This document shows, in pieces, positions 45,713-64,000 of a stretch of DNA of 64,000 bases. The position numbers were made by a program, and so were the translations under genes. Positions within the stretch are counted from its first letter, which is position 1. Each line of letters starts with the position of its first letter. The notes beneath the pieces are model-generated. The model was not told the origin of the DNA. It was given only the letters and a program-made list of their open reading frames with translations, and did not search any database. Source of the stretch: Schmidtea polychroa (Eukaryota); contig CM097885.1 in the NCBI GenBank assembly GCA_044892525.1, positions 17,176,001 to 17,240,000 on the forward strand, read 5' to 3'.

Positions 45713-47272
45713 TTCTTATATATTATTATAATATAACCATATATATAAAATCTTGATTGATTATAATGATAATCATTTTTGTGAAAATAAATTTTATTCT
45801 GCTTTCAATCATTAATAGTACACCCCTATGGAACCTTCATCACAAAGGTTATAAATCTTTTTGTATAAGTGTCACACTAAAAAAATAAAAAAACTAAGTG
45901 GCTGTTTTAGCTTAGGGGGCGCTGTTTAAATGTTCTAGGGTTGCTCATAGATGTGTCACAAACTTTTCCCTAAACCCTTTCATGATTATTTTACTTTTAC
46001 CATTCATATACACATGGCAACAACCATTTTTTTAATATGCACAGTGGCTGTGTTCAGCTGAGTAGATGAGATGATGAGTCACAATACTAGAACTACTCCT
46101 CATTGCATTTTCATTTTCCGATTGATGACTGACGATAGGTCTTAGGTCACTTTATCATCACCCATTCATTTTTTGGATTATTGTTCCTCCTTGTTCATTT
46201 AGTTGCGGTCGTCATTATTTGATGTTATTCAATGTTACCTTCAAAGAGCAGGGATCTGTCCTTATTTCTCATTTCTATCATTCTGTGAAATCAGGTTTTG
46301 TAAAATTCTGAAAATTTTAGAACTGCAGTGCACACATAATTGAGTGTAAATCATTTTTAAATTTTGATTTTAATTATTTATTTTATTTATTCTTTTGAGG
46401 TGGTAGATATTTTGAATGCGTTGTTTCTCCCTCAACTGTGTTGGTAATTGTAACTTCTTGCGTTTATCATTTTTATTATTCGTGTTTTATTTATAATTGA
46501 ATTGAAATAAATTTCTTTATTTTGAATCTGTTTACTATTTTGTAAATCGTAGAACGCCGTGTACCCCAGTTAGAATTTTACAAAATTAATTTAGACAATA
46601 ATACATTAAAAACCATTTTATAAGAAAAATATTTTATCAATTATATGAAAATATTTATTTTCTCGAAGATTTTCTCGAAGCACTAGCTGAGAAATTCTGC
46701 ATTGTTGGATTATTATTAAAGTCGGTACTGACTCTAATACCTAGTACTCCTTGCTTCAATTATTAAAATAGGACCCAACACCCAATATTATGCGTCAATA
46801 AAGATCTGAGCACTAATATTAAGGCTCATACCAGCTTGAGGTACTGTTCGGTATAATAGTATAGGATTTCTGATTTTAATAAGTCATGCTAGCGTTGCTC
46901 TGCTAAAAATTTGTAGAAAAGTAGATTAAGTAAACAGTTAAGTCCATGAATCAATAATAAACAAAAAAATTATTTACTTTTGTTCCCTTTTGGCTTATTT
47001 GTGAAATATGTCAAGTAAAATATTATGAAAGTTTGAAATATTATAAAACGCGATCATTATTTATTACTTAATCAATATATTAAATTTCTATGATAAATTC
47101 AAATCATCATTAGATAATTTTGTATAATACTTCAATTGAAATGTTTCTGGAAATCTGAAAATAGAAAAGAAAAATGTAAACAGTTATTCAAATAACAAAA
47201 TGGGATCACCAAAATGACCTGCAACACAAATAATAGATTAAATCCAATCAAAATGCTTACAATTGCGCAAGT

Positions 47273-47566
47273 TCATTCAAATAATTGAAACAAAATTCTC
47301 CTAGCAAACAATTTTATCGGCCTGTAAACTTCATCTTCAATACCTACCAAATACCGACTGTTCCTTATTGAATGCATAAATGGCGAGTAAATATTCCCCT
47401 CGAGAATCAGTACAATTCCAATACAAGTCATTATCATTAACACAGTGAGCATCATGGAAATTAGCTTCAAACAAGAGACAGAGTTAACTTCATCAATCTC
47501 TTCATCAACCAATTCATTGTCAGAATTATTTTCCATTTCCTTAGAATATACAGGAGAATCGAACAT
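47273..47566 (-). CDS. Small tail-anchored membrane protein or terminal exon resembling the FRMD3/FRMD5/consortin C-terminus
   Basis: Acidic stretch, one hydrophobic helix, then LE...IR......E.Y.P.K spacing (similarity recalled, not searched). Confidence 0.5.
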   Translation of the reverse strand: MFDSPVYSKEMENNSDNELVDEEIDEVNSVSCLKLISMMLTVLMIMTCIGIVLILEGNIYSPFMHSIRNSRYLVGIEDEVYRPIKLFARRILFQLFE

Positions 47567-47836
47567 ATGAAAAATGAATTAATGATCACAAAGAAACAGA
47601 AAGGATTATACATATCAGGTGACAACTGAACACTCCCAAATTCGGGAATCTGGCTAATAAGATTGATTGCTATTGGACGATATTTTGTATTAATAGAAAA
47701 AACAGTGAAAACTCCAAGCTTTTATTAACATCAATATTGATAAATTATGGTCACTAAATAGTTGACAACTGAGCTAATTGTTTGAATAAAACATTAGACA
47801 ACTACACATCTAGAACACCAAGCTAGAACATCAGTG

Positions 47837-48007
47837 TTATTTGCCACTTTTCCTGACTAACTCCATCAATTTTTCTGTTGATAATGATTTTGGTCGTTCA
47901 ATCGGCAACCCCAAAGCTCTGTCCCAGACCAAAGAAGATAAAACTCCTAAAGCTCGAGAAATTCCAAACAGCACGGTGTAAAAGTTTGTTTCAGTCATTC
48001 CGTAGTA
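47837..48007 (-). CDS. CS: Citrate synthase, last exon
   Basis: tttt[58 protein letters not shown]. Confidence 0.95.
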   Translation of the reverse strand, partial: YYGMTETNFYTVLFGISRALGVLSSLVWDRALGLPIERPKSLSTEKLMELVRKSGK

Positions 48008-51000
48008 CTAAAATGAAAAATAAATAATCAAACAAAACACGTTTAAATCGTTTGGTTTGTTTCCATTTTTATGTGGCAATATTTTGATGGAAATTACGCG
48101 GAAATTACAAATTATTATATAAAGCAACTTTTTCACTTATTTTTATCACACTCTGTAATTATTGTTATGCAATTAATTGCCGTGATAAACATTAAATTTT
48201 ACAATAACTCTCATTTTAATTGATAAAGTGAATTTTATATTTTAATCTGATCTAAAAATATATTTATATCTATCGAATTTCTTTTAAAACTATTTAATAG
48301 AATTAAATTTAACTTATTGATTTGAAATTTAGTCAAATAAAAATATTAAATAAATATTGCTTATTAGAAGCTGCTAACACATCTTCTAAATTATTTTTTA
48401 AATCCGGTTCAAAAGTTAACGACATAATTCCAAGTATTTATTTAATGAAATATTGTATAATTTCCAAACAAGTTTTCAGCGTTGAATAAAATATTTCAAA
48501 AACCATTTAACAAAATTTCGATATTTAAAATATATTTATTTAAAAATGATTTATTATTAAAAAGCTTTTTTAATTTAAAAATTTAAGAGTGATTTTAAAA
48601 AGTCAATTATTTATCATTTAAGATTATTTTAATAAATCATTGAAATATTGAATTCTCATCGGAAAACACATCACATTGGTAATATTTTAGTTACTAATAA
48701 TTAAGTAAAATTAATTATATGCAGATTATATTTTTATTATTTACAATTATTTATTAAACTATTTTTTATTATAATTATTATAATTGAATAAAGATGTCAT
48801 GCAATTTATTGGTATGATAAATATTAAACTTTACAATAACTCTCATTTTAATTGATAAAATTAATTTTATATTTTAATCTGATCTAAAAATACATTTTTT
48901 CTATCGAATAATACATAATTTTTTTCAATTTCACCAATTATTTATTTTAAAACTCTTTACTGGAATTAAATTTAACTTATTGATTTGAAATTTAGTCTAA
49001 TAAAAATATTAAATAAATATTGATAATATTTTAGTTTCAAATAATTAATAAAAAATTAATTGCATGCAGATTAGTTTTTTATTATTTACAATTATTTATT
49101 AAATTATTTATAATTTATTTATATTATTATTATTATTATTAATTTGATTATTTATATGAACATATCTCATTAAATATGAAATTGTATTAATGAAATTATT
49201 AATGAATGTATTAGGCTTATAAAAATTACTCGATTGTTTCGGAAATCTGCCAAGCATTCAATTAAAAGCATTAATAAAGCACAACAATGACAGAAATTAT
49301 TTCATTATAAAAATCTTTGACATTCACCATTGCAAAATATTTAGTCTAACACGACAGAAATAAAATATATTCGCCAAGAAACGGAAATGTCAATCTCGAT
49401 TCCTTATAAAATGAATATTTTGTCACATAATAATAACTCTTGTGAATTCATTTTAATTCACAAATACTTCAATATCGATTTTTCAAATATTAGTGCTATT
49501 CAGCTTAATTAAATTAACAAATAAATATATTTGAGCTACCTGAAATTGAAAAATCGATCAAGATTTAAGAAGGTAAAAAAGGGAAAGTAACTACTATTTC
49601 CTACATAGATTTATTTTGAATTTTTTTATAATTTTATATTTAAGATGTCTTAATTTTGTTTTACGTAAATAAATGACTGAATTATGCATATTGTAGTATT
49701 TTTTCCCATAATTTTACATGGTTTACCATAAAAAAATCCAGGGTTTCGAATTATATTGTTTAATGCGGAACCTATATATCGAGGAATAGGTGTATACCAA
49801 TCAACTCTGGTAGTTCTAGTGTTGTTTTTAATGATTCTACTTTTTATAATCTCTGTAAAACTAGTCTTCGTAAGAAATCTAAAAACAATTGTAAAAATTG
49901 GCATTTTCAAAGTTATAATGTATATGCTAAATTTTCTGTTTTTAGAATTAAGTTTTACTCCAAATAAAATTTATAGTGTGAATTTCAAATTTTTAACCCT
50001 GTAAGTCATGATAATTGATCGGTATACAAATATTGGTGAAATTTGAAAATAATCAGAATTCTTAACCATGATTAAAATTTAATCTTCTTTAATCTACCGC
50101 CAAAGAAATGTTATAAATCAAAAAAGATATTTTCAAATATTAAAACAAAATAATTGCTCTTTATTAAATGACAAAATATGCTTATCAAATTTATAATGTT
50201 ACGATATGAAAGAAACTAGTCAAAAATAATTCATGTAAAATGATTTTGACAGTTACTTTTATGTAACTACAATAAATTATGAAAATAATTGGTTAATATA
50301 ATATTTCAAAAGTGATACATAAAGAATAACACAAAGGTTAAATAAATAAAAGATTTAATAGAAATTTCGATATAATTCAAAACTTATTTGGAATGTTCAA
50401 TGTTAGCATATATTTATTTTAAATTTTATTTTCTGCCTTTCTATTGGATGTAAATTTTATTTGAAAGTTTTCAAAAAAAAATTATTTAGACTAATTTATA
50501 TTTATTTGTTATATTGTGTAAAATTAAAAATTTTATTTAAGAATTAAAAAAAATGTTTTAAAAAAACATTTTAAGCTGGAAAACGTATAAACTGAATTGA
50601 AAATTTAATATAAATTTTATAAAAAATGTTTGAATTTACGTCAAATTTCAAAATACACTGATACACTGAAAAATACCCTATAATAAAATCAAAAGGAAAT
50701 TTTAACTATAGAAATCTTTGTTATAAACGGCCTGTATTTTATTAAAATTATCTGTACGAACATTGTATAATATTTTGGTCTGTATATTTTTATTTTTACA
50801 ATGTAAGTATAAAGTGATAATTTCCTTGGTAGCAGCATTTATTATTTAACGCCATAAAGTGATAATTTAAGCCTTTTTCTGCGAATAATGTATTTAATGC
50901 CTTTCTATTGGATGTAAATTTGATTTGAAAGTTTTCAAAAAAAAATTTCTTTAAGCTAATTTATATATTATTTGTTATATTGAGTAAAATTAAAAAATTT

Positions 51001-53463
51001 ATTTAAGAATTAAAATAAAAATGTACTTCTATAATTTTTTATTTTATTTATAATTATAACTTAACAGAAAACGTGCATGTCAAATTAACTTTATTTTTTA
51101 CATTAATCATTAAAAGTCGAAAATTAAAATTGAATTAAACAAATAACTGTAAGGTAGAAGGGCAGATGATAAAGATAAAAAGGACATTTTACACCTTTCT
51201 TGTGTTTCTTTAAAATTCATATGATAAATTTGTTATTACATTTATTACATTGACCAAAATGTATAAAAATACTGACCCATTAAATAGCAGCCAAAACCAA
51301 ACGAGCTCGAAATAACACCACAACCCAAAATTTCTATAATTAAAAATGCATACATTGGAGAATTTAAAAAACTTTAGGTACGATAAAAAACTATTTGGAA
51401 TTTCAAATTTACATTTTTAACTAATATTGTATACCAAACACAACTGAAATACATTATCTATAGTGGTGGTTAGCGTGTACATCAATTGGTCAACAACTGG
51501 TGACTCACTAATTTAATGAATTTCATTTTTCAAGAAATTTATTTTAGCCATTTTAGAAATGGTAAGATATTTAATTTTAAGTAAATCATTATTCAAGTTC
51601 TTAAATATTACTTTTAGTCAATATTTGTGTTATAAATTATTTTTAATTAATTTTTAGGTTTTATAGGAATTTTATGAAATTTAATTTATAAATATTTTGG
51701 AATTATTTTGATATAATATAAGTCAGATCAATTATTAATAATAATTAAATAATTAAATCAATCGCCAAAAATGTATTTTTCAAAAACATTTCTAAAACAA
51801 ATATCAGAAATTCTAATGAATATTTATCTTAATTTTAACTCAAAAATAATTATTACGATGATATTTCGTCATTTTGATGATAATTTAACGCAGTTTCTTT
51901 AAAATACATTTTAAACATTTTCAGCGATCTTTTTTTTCAAAAATTGTGTAAAATAAAGTTATTATAGAAACGTATCTCAGCGACACATTTCTATATATCA
52001 AAAGTTTGTACGTGTTTTTAGTATGTGTTGTGTTTGTATGAGTAATATATAATATTTTTAACACTTTAGATTTCGATAGTGTAAGGCGTCAATGAGAACA
52101 TCAGTATGAAATCAAAGTAAGTATGTATTTTTCTATAATGTAAGATTATTGGTTTTTTTCTTGTATTATAAAAAACGTATCTGAGTGGTTTCTGGTGTAT
52201 GTGAGTTTGTGTGTTTCGATAATAAAACTTTTTGATTTTTTTGAAATATTGCAAACTTATATATAACTCATTTCATGAATTGTGTAATGAGCTTATACAG
52301 TTCACGAAATGTGTGAAATGGTAAATAAAACAGTAAGAAACTAACTTTACTAAATATATGGAAAGAAATTCCAAATTTAAAAGACAGGCAAATATATCAC
52401 TTGAAAAAGGCTGTGCCGAAAATTCGTGGATATAAAAAAACATCTATATCTTTACTGATTCATAGAGTACTCTAAGTTCCTGCTAGAATATTATCGGTTT
52501 ATAAACATAATGTCAGATATAAAGCAATTCTTAACAAAAATGGGCACCCAATTGTCAACAACAAAGAAAACCCAATGAAGTCGCCAATTTTGTTTTTTTT
52601 AGAATCTCTTCATTCTCTTAAGAAATGGCAAAAATTTTGGCTTTTTCTTAATTTTGAAGATAATTCCCTTCATGTATCAGAACAGCAAGGAATGGAAGGT
52701 AACATGCATCAAATTTTAAAATTATTTGAGAAAACACTTGAAAAATTTCAAGAATTTTTAATTTCAAGTTTTATTAAATCACATTTATATCGAATAGAAA
52801 GGCAGAAGTTGAATTTTTCAAAAAGACATAATCAAACATTGAACATTCTATGCAGGTAATAAAATAGATTGAAAAGGATTTTTGTATGGTAAGAAAAAAT
52901 TTCAGCAAAGAATAAAATTATCATTTATTATTTTAAAATTTAACTTATGCTGATACCAAATTTTCTAATACTGGCGAACGCGGTTAGCATAAAAACCAAA
53001 TAGAATGTAATAAGAGTCATAATAAATCATAACTATGAGGAAGTTGAAAGATTCTTAAAGATTAATTAGAAATTTTGTAAAAATTTAAAATATATTTTTA
53101 TTGAAAAATATTTTAAAAAGAAAGAAATTTATCATTTTTAAAAAATATTTTTATCAAAGAAATATTTTAAGAAACTCTGAAATTTGTTTAAATAACAAAA
53201 TAAGAACAGACAAGTTTTTGAGTATGTCATTTATTAAATAAAATTTATGGAATTATTTAGTGATTTGAAAACGGATGAGAATCCTAATAATAACCAAATA
53301 GTTTAGGAAAAAAATTGTAAACATAAAGGGAAACGATGAAAGCTAAAAAATATTCAAGTCAAAAATATCATAAATATAATTATATATCGAAAGGGATTTT
53401 TTAGAATTTTTAAGTCTAGTGTGTTAGATTTGACACTTAAATTAAATTCTACACTTTCTAGAA

Positions 53464-53539
<76 letters not shown>

Positions 53540-53776
53540 TAATTATATAAAGCAAAAGCATCGGTGTTAATGACAAGCGTGAATAAAGTCATTTAAAAAA
53601 ATACATTATAAAATATTCGAAAATTATTTCATCTTCCCGGATTTTTAATCGAATGAAATCAATTAAAAAGTCGCAAATTTTGAGTGTACATCTAAATAAA
53701 ATTTCAATTAACATTCCCTGTTCCACAGAAATTAAGTTTAGAATGGTAAAATAAACATATAAAATGATTTACAAAC

Positions 53777-53986
53777 CTGTAACAAAACTCCACTGTGTGC
53801 GTCGACATTTGGAAACGGATTGGCAATTTTACTTTTTTTACCGAGTACGACCGGGACAATTTGATACAACTGACTAACTACTTTGAATACCGGATCATTG
53901 GGCAAATGTTTCAATGCAAATTCTCGCTGACACATATACCGAGGATCAGTTTTACGTAAAACTGCGTGACCGTAACCGGGAACCAC
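53777..53986 (-). CDS. CS: Citrate synthase, penultimate exon
   Basis: [17 protein letters not shown]...[18 protein letters not shown], followed by a 5769-nt intron. Confidence 0.97.
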
Positions 53987-54031
53987 CTAAAAGCACCTTT
54001 ATATCACTTTCCATGAGATAACACGTTTTAC

Positions 54032-54253
54032 TTGTCCAGCTTTTAGAGTTTTCTCTATAAATTCTATTATATCACTATCACTGGGTTTGGATCCGATTAC
54101 TTCGATCATCTTTTGAACCCAGATCAAAACCTCTTGATTGGCAAGACCGTGAAGTGGTCCAGCTAAACCACACATTGCAGCTGAATAGGATAAATAAGGA
54201 TCTGATAAAGCGCTTCCTACTAAATGACAAGTGTGAGCACTGACATTGCCACC
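54032..54253 (-). CDS. CS: Citrate synthase, internal exon (upstream exons not found in the window)
   Basis: [43 protein letters not shown]...KAGQ, followed by a 45-nt GT-AG intron (54031-53987). Confidence 0.97.
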
Positions 54254-55009
54254 CTAGAAATCCATTAGATGTTTAAAGTTTAGAAACCAGAACTTTTACA
54301 AATATATGAAGAGCGAATTTAAAATTATATTTCATTGTTTATTGCTTTAGACGAGCAGTTTATAAACTAGTGCAAAAAAGCATTTTAGGAGTGTCAGTAG
54401 AGTCAGACATGTGAAAGTTATTGTTATTGCTTATATTCAGTATCTTCATAAACATATTGATATTTTATGAAAGTTATGTTAACTATGGTTGTTAATTTTA
54501 ATGAATTTTTCAGGAAATACGTTTTTTATCATTTTCCATCATTGATAGTATTTTTGAAAATCCCTTACCTTCATTTCTTATCAAGACTATCGATCGACAC
54601 TTTCTTTCATATTTAACGTTATTAGCAAAATATTTTTAGGTGTTGAAAAAGGCAAGAAATAAGGTCTTATTAAAGTGATGATTTCTTGGTAGCAAATGAT
54701 TTTAAAAAATTTTTTAAATTAAATATTCTTTAAAATTCAAGATGAAACACTAAGAAAAATTTAAAAATTTTTTAAAGCTTCTATAATTAGCTCATAGAAA
54801 CCTATTTTAATATATAATATCTTAAATTATAAAATATAGTTTCCAATAACTATTTATATACGTGATTTAAATATTTTTAAAAATGTTTATTTTGATTTTT
54901 AATCCTAATAATATTTTAAAAGTATATTTTATCTATTTTCTATATTATTTTAAATTTAAATTTAATTTTTTTAAATCTATTCTCAAGGTCAAAAACAACA
55001 AACCAAACT

Positions 55010-55650
55010 GATGATTTCATTTATCTCTTCTTTAGTGTTAATTGTTGACAGTCTGTTTATTATGAGAATTGCTTCTTTAAATCTGACATTTTTTTTAATG
55101 TTTACATTGGCTAAGATTTTGGTTGACATTGTTGGATATGTCTGTATACCGAGGATTTTCCACCAGGATCTAGATGTTCCTTAACTCTTTGGTCCAAGGT
55201 CCTGAGCGTACATCCAATGTATATTTCTTTGCATACATTGCACGTGATGCAACAGACAATGTTTTTTTGAAAGCACATATCTTTCAATTTCTGGCAGTTT
55301 TCCATTGTGCAATTTTCTTTTTTCGTATTGTTTGCCAGAGTTTTTCTCAATGTCCACGATTTATGTGCAATACGAATTGGAAGGCCAGTGCGTTACAGTT
55401 CTTTCAGGATGTCGAAGTCGAGTATGTCACTGATGAATGAATTATTCAGATAAAAATATTCCTTTTTTTGTTTTATTTCCTTAGATCTTTTTGGGGTAGA
55501 ATTCATTCTTTCAATGTCCTTACTTTGATATCCGTTTCTGTGTATGATTTCATTGAAGTTTAATTGTTGCTTATAGTTCTCGTTTTCTTCAGTACATCGA
55601 TTGGCTATCTTTTATCTCTTTTTTTATGATTTGTACTTTCTTTGGTGCAT
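55010..55650 (-). mobile_element. Penelope-like retroelement 3' remnant (GIY-YIG endonuclease)
   Basis: C..KNIVCCITCNVCKEIYIGCTLRTLDQRVKEH...SSVYRH. Lies within a citrate synthase intron. Confidence 0.75.
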
Positions 55651-58600
55651 AAATATTTTTTAGCGAGTATAGATTTTGTGTATTTTCAAGCACTTATTTT
55701 GTAATTTACTGGTTTAGATGATCGAAATTCCCTTTAAGTTATTGAGGAAGCCTTAAATTATCAAAAAAATCCTTTTATTTTCAAAATGCCTATCAATAGA
55801 GCTCATTATAGATTTTACAGGCAAAATCTATATGTTCAATTGCCCTTATCTTTATCAGATTTTAGATTATAGATCACTATTTTTATTTTATACGAATTTT
55901 GACATTTGAACAGACAAACTTTCATGAATTATCTCGTAACATACATAGACACTTGAAAATTATATTTATACTTCAAATAACTCTCTCCTGGTAAGTTTCC
56001 ATTAATAATCTGATCAAACAACTTTAAAATTTCAATTGATTGTGAAGAATGTTTTAAAAATGTTGATTTTGAAGTTTAATAATCCATATTAATTATCACT
56101 AATATTTTTTCTAAATTTCATAAAATATAATATTTAACGCTCCAATATTGACCTTAAGTGAGTTAAGGTTATTCTATGTGCTCATTTGCTTTCATAGATC
56201 CATTATCGGTAATTATAGGCCAATTATTTAGTGAATTGTAAATATATGTAAGAAAAAGATAATTAGATAAGATAAACTATTGTATTAATTCAACACTAAA
56301 ACTCTCTTTAAAGGTTAAGAAAAATAATTAAAATCTGCTGACACGTAAAAATATTGATGAATTTAATAACCAATTAATTGAGATTGAGATGTACGGTATT
56401 TCATGAACTGTTACCATTAAAAATTTAGGTGGACCTTGGAAATATCAAAAAAAAATCGTGGAGTCAACGCCTGATCTCAAATAAATCGCCTAAAATGTCA
56501 AAAATCAAAATATTCAGGGTCGTTCAAATGCAGATAGTGATAATGAAACGTTTTAATGAATATTAAAAATTTCATTCATAATCAGTCGGGACTTTTTAAA
56601 GAAAGATTACATGTTAATTTGGAGTATCTCATGTCTCAATATGCCACATAGTAAAGAAATGTTCAATAATGAAATGGAAACCATAGCTTAAACTCCAGTT
56701 GCTATCTCTGGATGTTAATGTTCTGTAAAATTTTTATCGCCTAAATTTAATTCAAGAATTTCCAGCATCCTTTCCAGCAGAATATTTTCAGATAAACTTA
56801 ATTTCTATGTAAATTCTCACCAATTAATATTTTTATAATTATGGTGAATTATATCTGATCTGATTTTCCAAAAATATGGTTATATCTCTATTAATTAACA
56901 TTTATATTTGGGAAAATATTTCCTGCGCTTGAATGCAAATTACTAAATATCCTTTTTCAGTGTTTTAAACAATGTTTAAAATTGAGATGTATGTTGTCAC
57001 TATTGTTACAGTGACAGTGGTTCCTATTGTCAATTATTACATATGATTTACCTCTTACATATTTGCCAGATATATAATATTCTAATTTTACATAGTTTTG
57101 AGTTTTACATTTGCATTGAAATATTTTCATTTGTTACAATTAATTGTCAAAAAATTAAAAATATGCTAAAAATGTTATAAAATATTAATAGGATTCGTAT
57201 CACATCATGCGATTCATCGTGGAAATAAATTAGTGAGTAAAATTTGATAACTACCTTAAAAATTTCCTATCGTTATGGTTATAAAATATAAGGAAATAAT
57301 AAATGTTAATTAAAATTATTAAATTATTACGAAAAATAATTCTGTCTGATTGAAATCGAAACATGTCACGTCAATAATTTACTGTAACACTTGGAAAATT
57401 GAAATTATTTTTAAAAATTTGATAACATTATTTGATAATTGTAAAGCACAATAATAATCAATACTGCAAATTGAATTAAATCAAAATTTAATTACTTATT
57501 CTAAAGTTCAATATAAATTGCTCTTATGTTAATGAATACGTTAGAACAATATGGTGACTTAGTTTTCAAAGACATGAGCACGTCAACATTAAAATTGTGC
57601 GACGTATAAAATTTTCATTGTTATTTATTCGATTGTATAATGACAGTGTAGATTTAAGCATAAATTCTAAAAATGATAGTACATTATATGATGAATACGT
57701 TGATGGTGATAGCTTTTGTTATTGGTCTAACATTCGAAATCGGTTCAGGATTAGTTTTACCTAATACTTAACGCCAACTGTATTACATGAGTGTAACATA
57801 TAAGATTGCAGAAGTATTTTACAATTTAAAAACCTTTATCAGTTGCTTTTAACACTCATGTAAAAATTTATCCATTAAAATTGTACAAAAATCCCATTCA
57901 ACCGGAATTCCCCATTCTAAATTACCACAAAATTCTATATAAAATATCTTTTTACCAAAAAAATCATATTCCATTTTATATGAGTATCTAGCTGGCAAGT
58001 GGAAAATGATTGCATTCTAAGGGGCTTCTTTAAAGGAGATTTACACCGAATTTGTAATGGACTGATAATGTATTAATATTTTGTTCATTGGCTTATTCCG
58101 TTTCTCCAGTAGATTTAATGAAATTTGACGAAAGCAATAATGTGTCATTATTAAACAATTCGATTCAAAACTGTTTATTTATCATAAGTGCTGCACTGAC
58201 AGTAGGTTATATAGAAGACTTATTAATAGAATTCAAATAAATATTACGAACTCTTGTATGTCAATGAGACATTTATTATGTAAATAGTTCCTAGATTTGT
58301 ATATAGTGCATTTCACTGGATATAAACTATTATGTACATTCCAGTTACCTAAAATTTCCAATTGCATACAGACAGAAAATGATGCGTCTGGAATATATTT
58401 AATATTTCTTTCATTTCTGTTCTTTTCCATTAAATGTCAAATAAATTCCGTTAACATTTTCAAGATAACGGTTGAAATTTAATTTTAAACTAAACTTTAA
58501 AAATCCTAATCAAATTTAAAAAATAAATAAAATATTCGAAATAGGAATTTTTATTATAATTGAAAATTAAATTTTCCATTACTCTATATTGATTTAATGT

Positions 58601-59934
58601 CATCTAAAAAATTATTAAAAAGTTTTACTGAAATTTTAATGTGAAAAATCGATATAATTACATGTGTGGCAGACAATGCAACTACATGTTTCGCCCAGTT
58701 GAAAATTTATTCAATACACACTTGACAATGTATTTTACCTAAAATATGAGAATATAATCGGTAAATTTTATGCATCGAGTACTGATAGCCAATCAGATGA
58801 TTTCATTCTGCGTTTTCATTCTACATCTTTACCTTCCTAGTCGAGGATTATAATTTGCAATATACAAATTGATTATTAAATTACTAAATTATTAAATGGA
58901 TTATCAAAATTATTAAATTGATTATTAAATTAATAAATGAATTACTAAATTATTAAATTGATTATTAAATTAATAAAAGGATTACCAAAATTATTAAATT
59001 AATAAATGGATTACTAAATTACATTGATTATTAAATTAATAAAATATTATTGTGTTAAACCAAAAATATAACTGAAGAAAACGGCATTTATTTTAATGAG
59101 TTCTAATTATTAAATTAATAAAACAGGTATTGGATTGTATTAATAATCCACAAATAGCAAAACGACTTCTTAATATTCATTCTCATAGTCTTTTTCTCTA
59201 GGGGTATAGAAATACTAATTCACTATGATGTGTTACTCAATGTGCTCGAGTAAAGTGAACAAATGTAACAGTATCATAACATTTTGTCTTGGTGCGGATG
59301 TGGACACAATGCCGACGCATTGGAAAATTAAATGTTATGCAACACAAGGTTTAACTCAAATAAAAGCGCTTAAGTTCGGAAATAAAACTTAGTAGTACAC
59401 GCGTATACCAGGAGTCGCGAAATGGTTGAAGTATGTTTTGTCAAGCCAAATGTCCAAATCTTTTCTTATTAAAAATATTCTTTAAATTTCATGCGAGCCA
59501 CACTCTTCGAACGATTGTATTAAACCAATATAAATATTTACATGAAAAGGGCAACAATATTAGTTGCTAGTATTAGGTTTCATTAACAAAGTCATTTATC
59601 CTTTTCATAGATATCCCATGATTTCCTAAACAGTTTTGACAAAAACCAGATGAGAATGTAATCATATTTGTCAGTGATAAATAGAAATCCATTGCAATAA
59701 TTACAACACAAAAAATATCTAACAATTCCTTAATTAATAAATAATTATAATTAATGATTCCCATATTGTACGTAACTATTAAACATTGCAATTATGCCAT
59801 GACCGATATATCAAAATATTAGAACAACGGTAACCTGACTTATATAAAAATGGAAATTTTTCATGACCCAACTGACTAGTAAATAAGCAGGGAAAACGAC
59901 TAAATAAAACTACTGCCTTATATTTTCCGTTTCT

Positions 59935-63532
<3,598 letters not shown>

Positions 63533-64000
63533 ACTCTCGCTGCAAGATTTTAAAATCATCTAGTTAACAAAAAAGTTCTAACAGCAAGTCGAAAATTAGT
63601 ATTTATTATAAATTCTTTGGCTGAGTAATTATTAAATTGATTATTAAATTATTAAATTGATTGTTAAATTAATAAAACATTATTGTATTTATCTAAAAAA
63701 TAGCCATAAACACTAATAGCAAAATGATTTTTGAAGTATTTCTAAGGCCTAATAAATAAGTTTCCGACATCTGTATTATATAAAACTATTATTATTATTA
63801 TATTATGAATGTCAAAGGTTCGATTTTTGGGAGTTTCTTGATGCAAGATATTTTTAGAAATTGAGAATCACCGTAAATATTTATTTAAAAGCGATAATTC
63901 CGTACTTACCCAAACACTTTTCTCCTAATTTAGGTCGTAAAATAAAAAAAAATTAATAAAATAAAATTTCCCTTTTTAATATAACATTTTAATATAAGTT

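Noticed and set aside
38579..45736. Plus-strand ORFs within the giant ORF, and antisense ORFs in the transposases, PolB and TBP
   Set aside because: Shadow frames opposite well-supported genes, with no motifs.
48160..51020. Direct duplications inside the long CS intron (~48160-48365 vs ~48800-49020; ~50430-50550 vs ~50897-51020)
   Set aside because: AT-rich local duplications with no termini or coding signal.
54990..55030. CTGATGA as a Penelope hammerhead ribozyme core
   Set aside because: It is on the opposite strand to the element, with no GAAA partner or stems visible.

Overview
AT-rich eukaryotic (probably invertebrate animal) genomic DNA. The first ~38 kb is a nest of mobile elements. 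Its centrepiece is a near-complete but decaying endogenous Maverick/Polinton (adintovirus-like) genome at ~22.5-37.6 kb. This encodes protein-primed PolB, an adenain-like protease, major and minor capsid proteins, core-like precursors, an rve integrase and an A32-like packaging ATPase. Two things stand out. (1) It carries a compact TATA-binding-protein (TBP) homologue transcribed divergently from the virion/packaging block across a palindromic TATA box. (2) Several viral genes (PolB, protease, integrase, an accessory gene) are split by short host-type spliceosomal introns that the ORF track misses. Also present are a second truncated capsid-module copy (18.4-20.0 kb), a related terminal arm with accessory genes including an AT-hook protein (9.1-12.1 kb), four hAT-superfamily elements (three with TIRs and 8-bp TSDs), piggyBac, Gypsy and Penelope remnants, and a palindromic MITE-like element. 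Host genes on the minus strand are a 2400-aa single-exon protein with C2HC zinc fingers, a small tail-anchored membrane ORF and the last three exons of citrate synthase. All calls come from motif recognition by eye; no searches were run.
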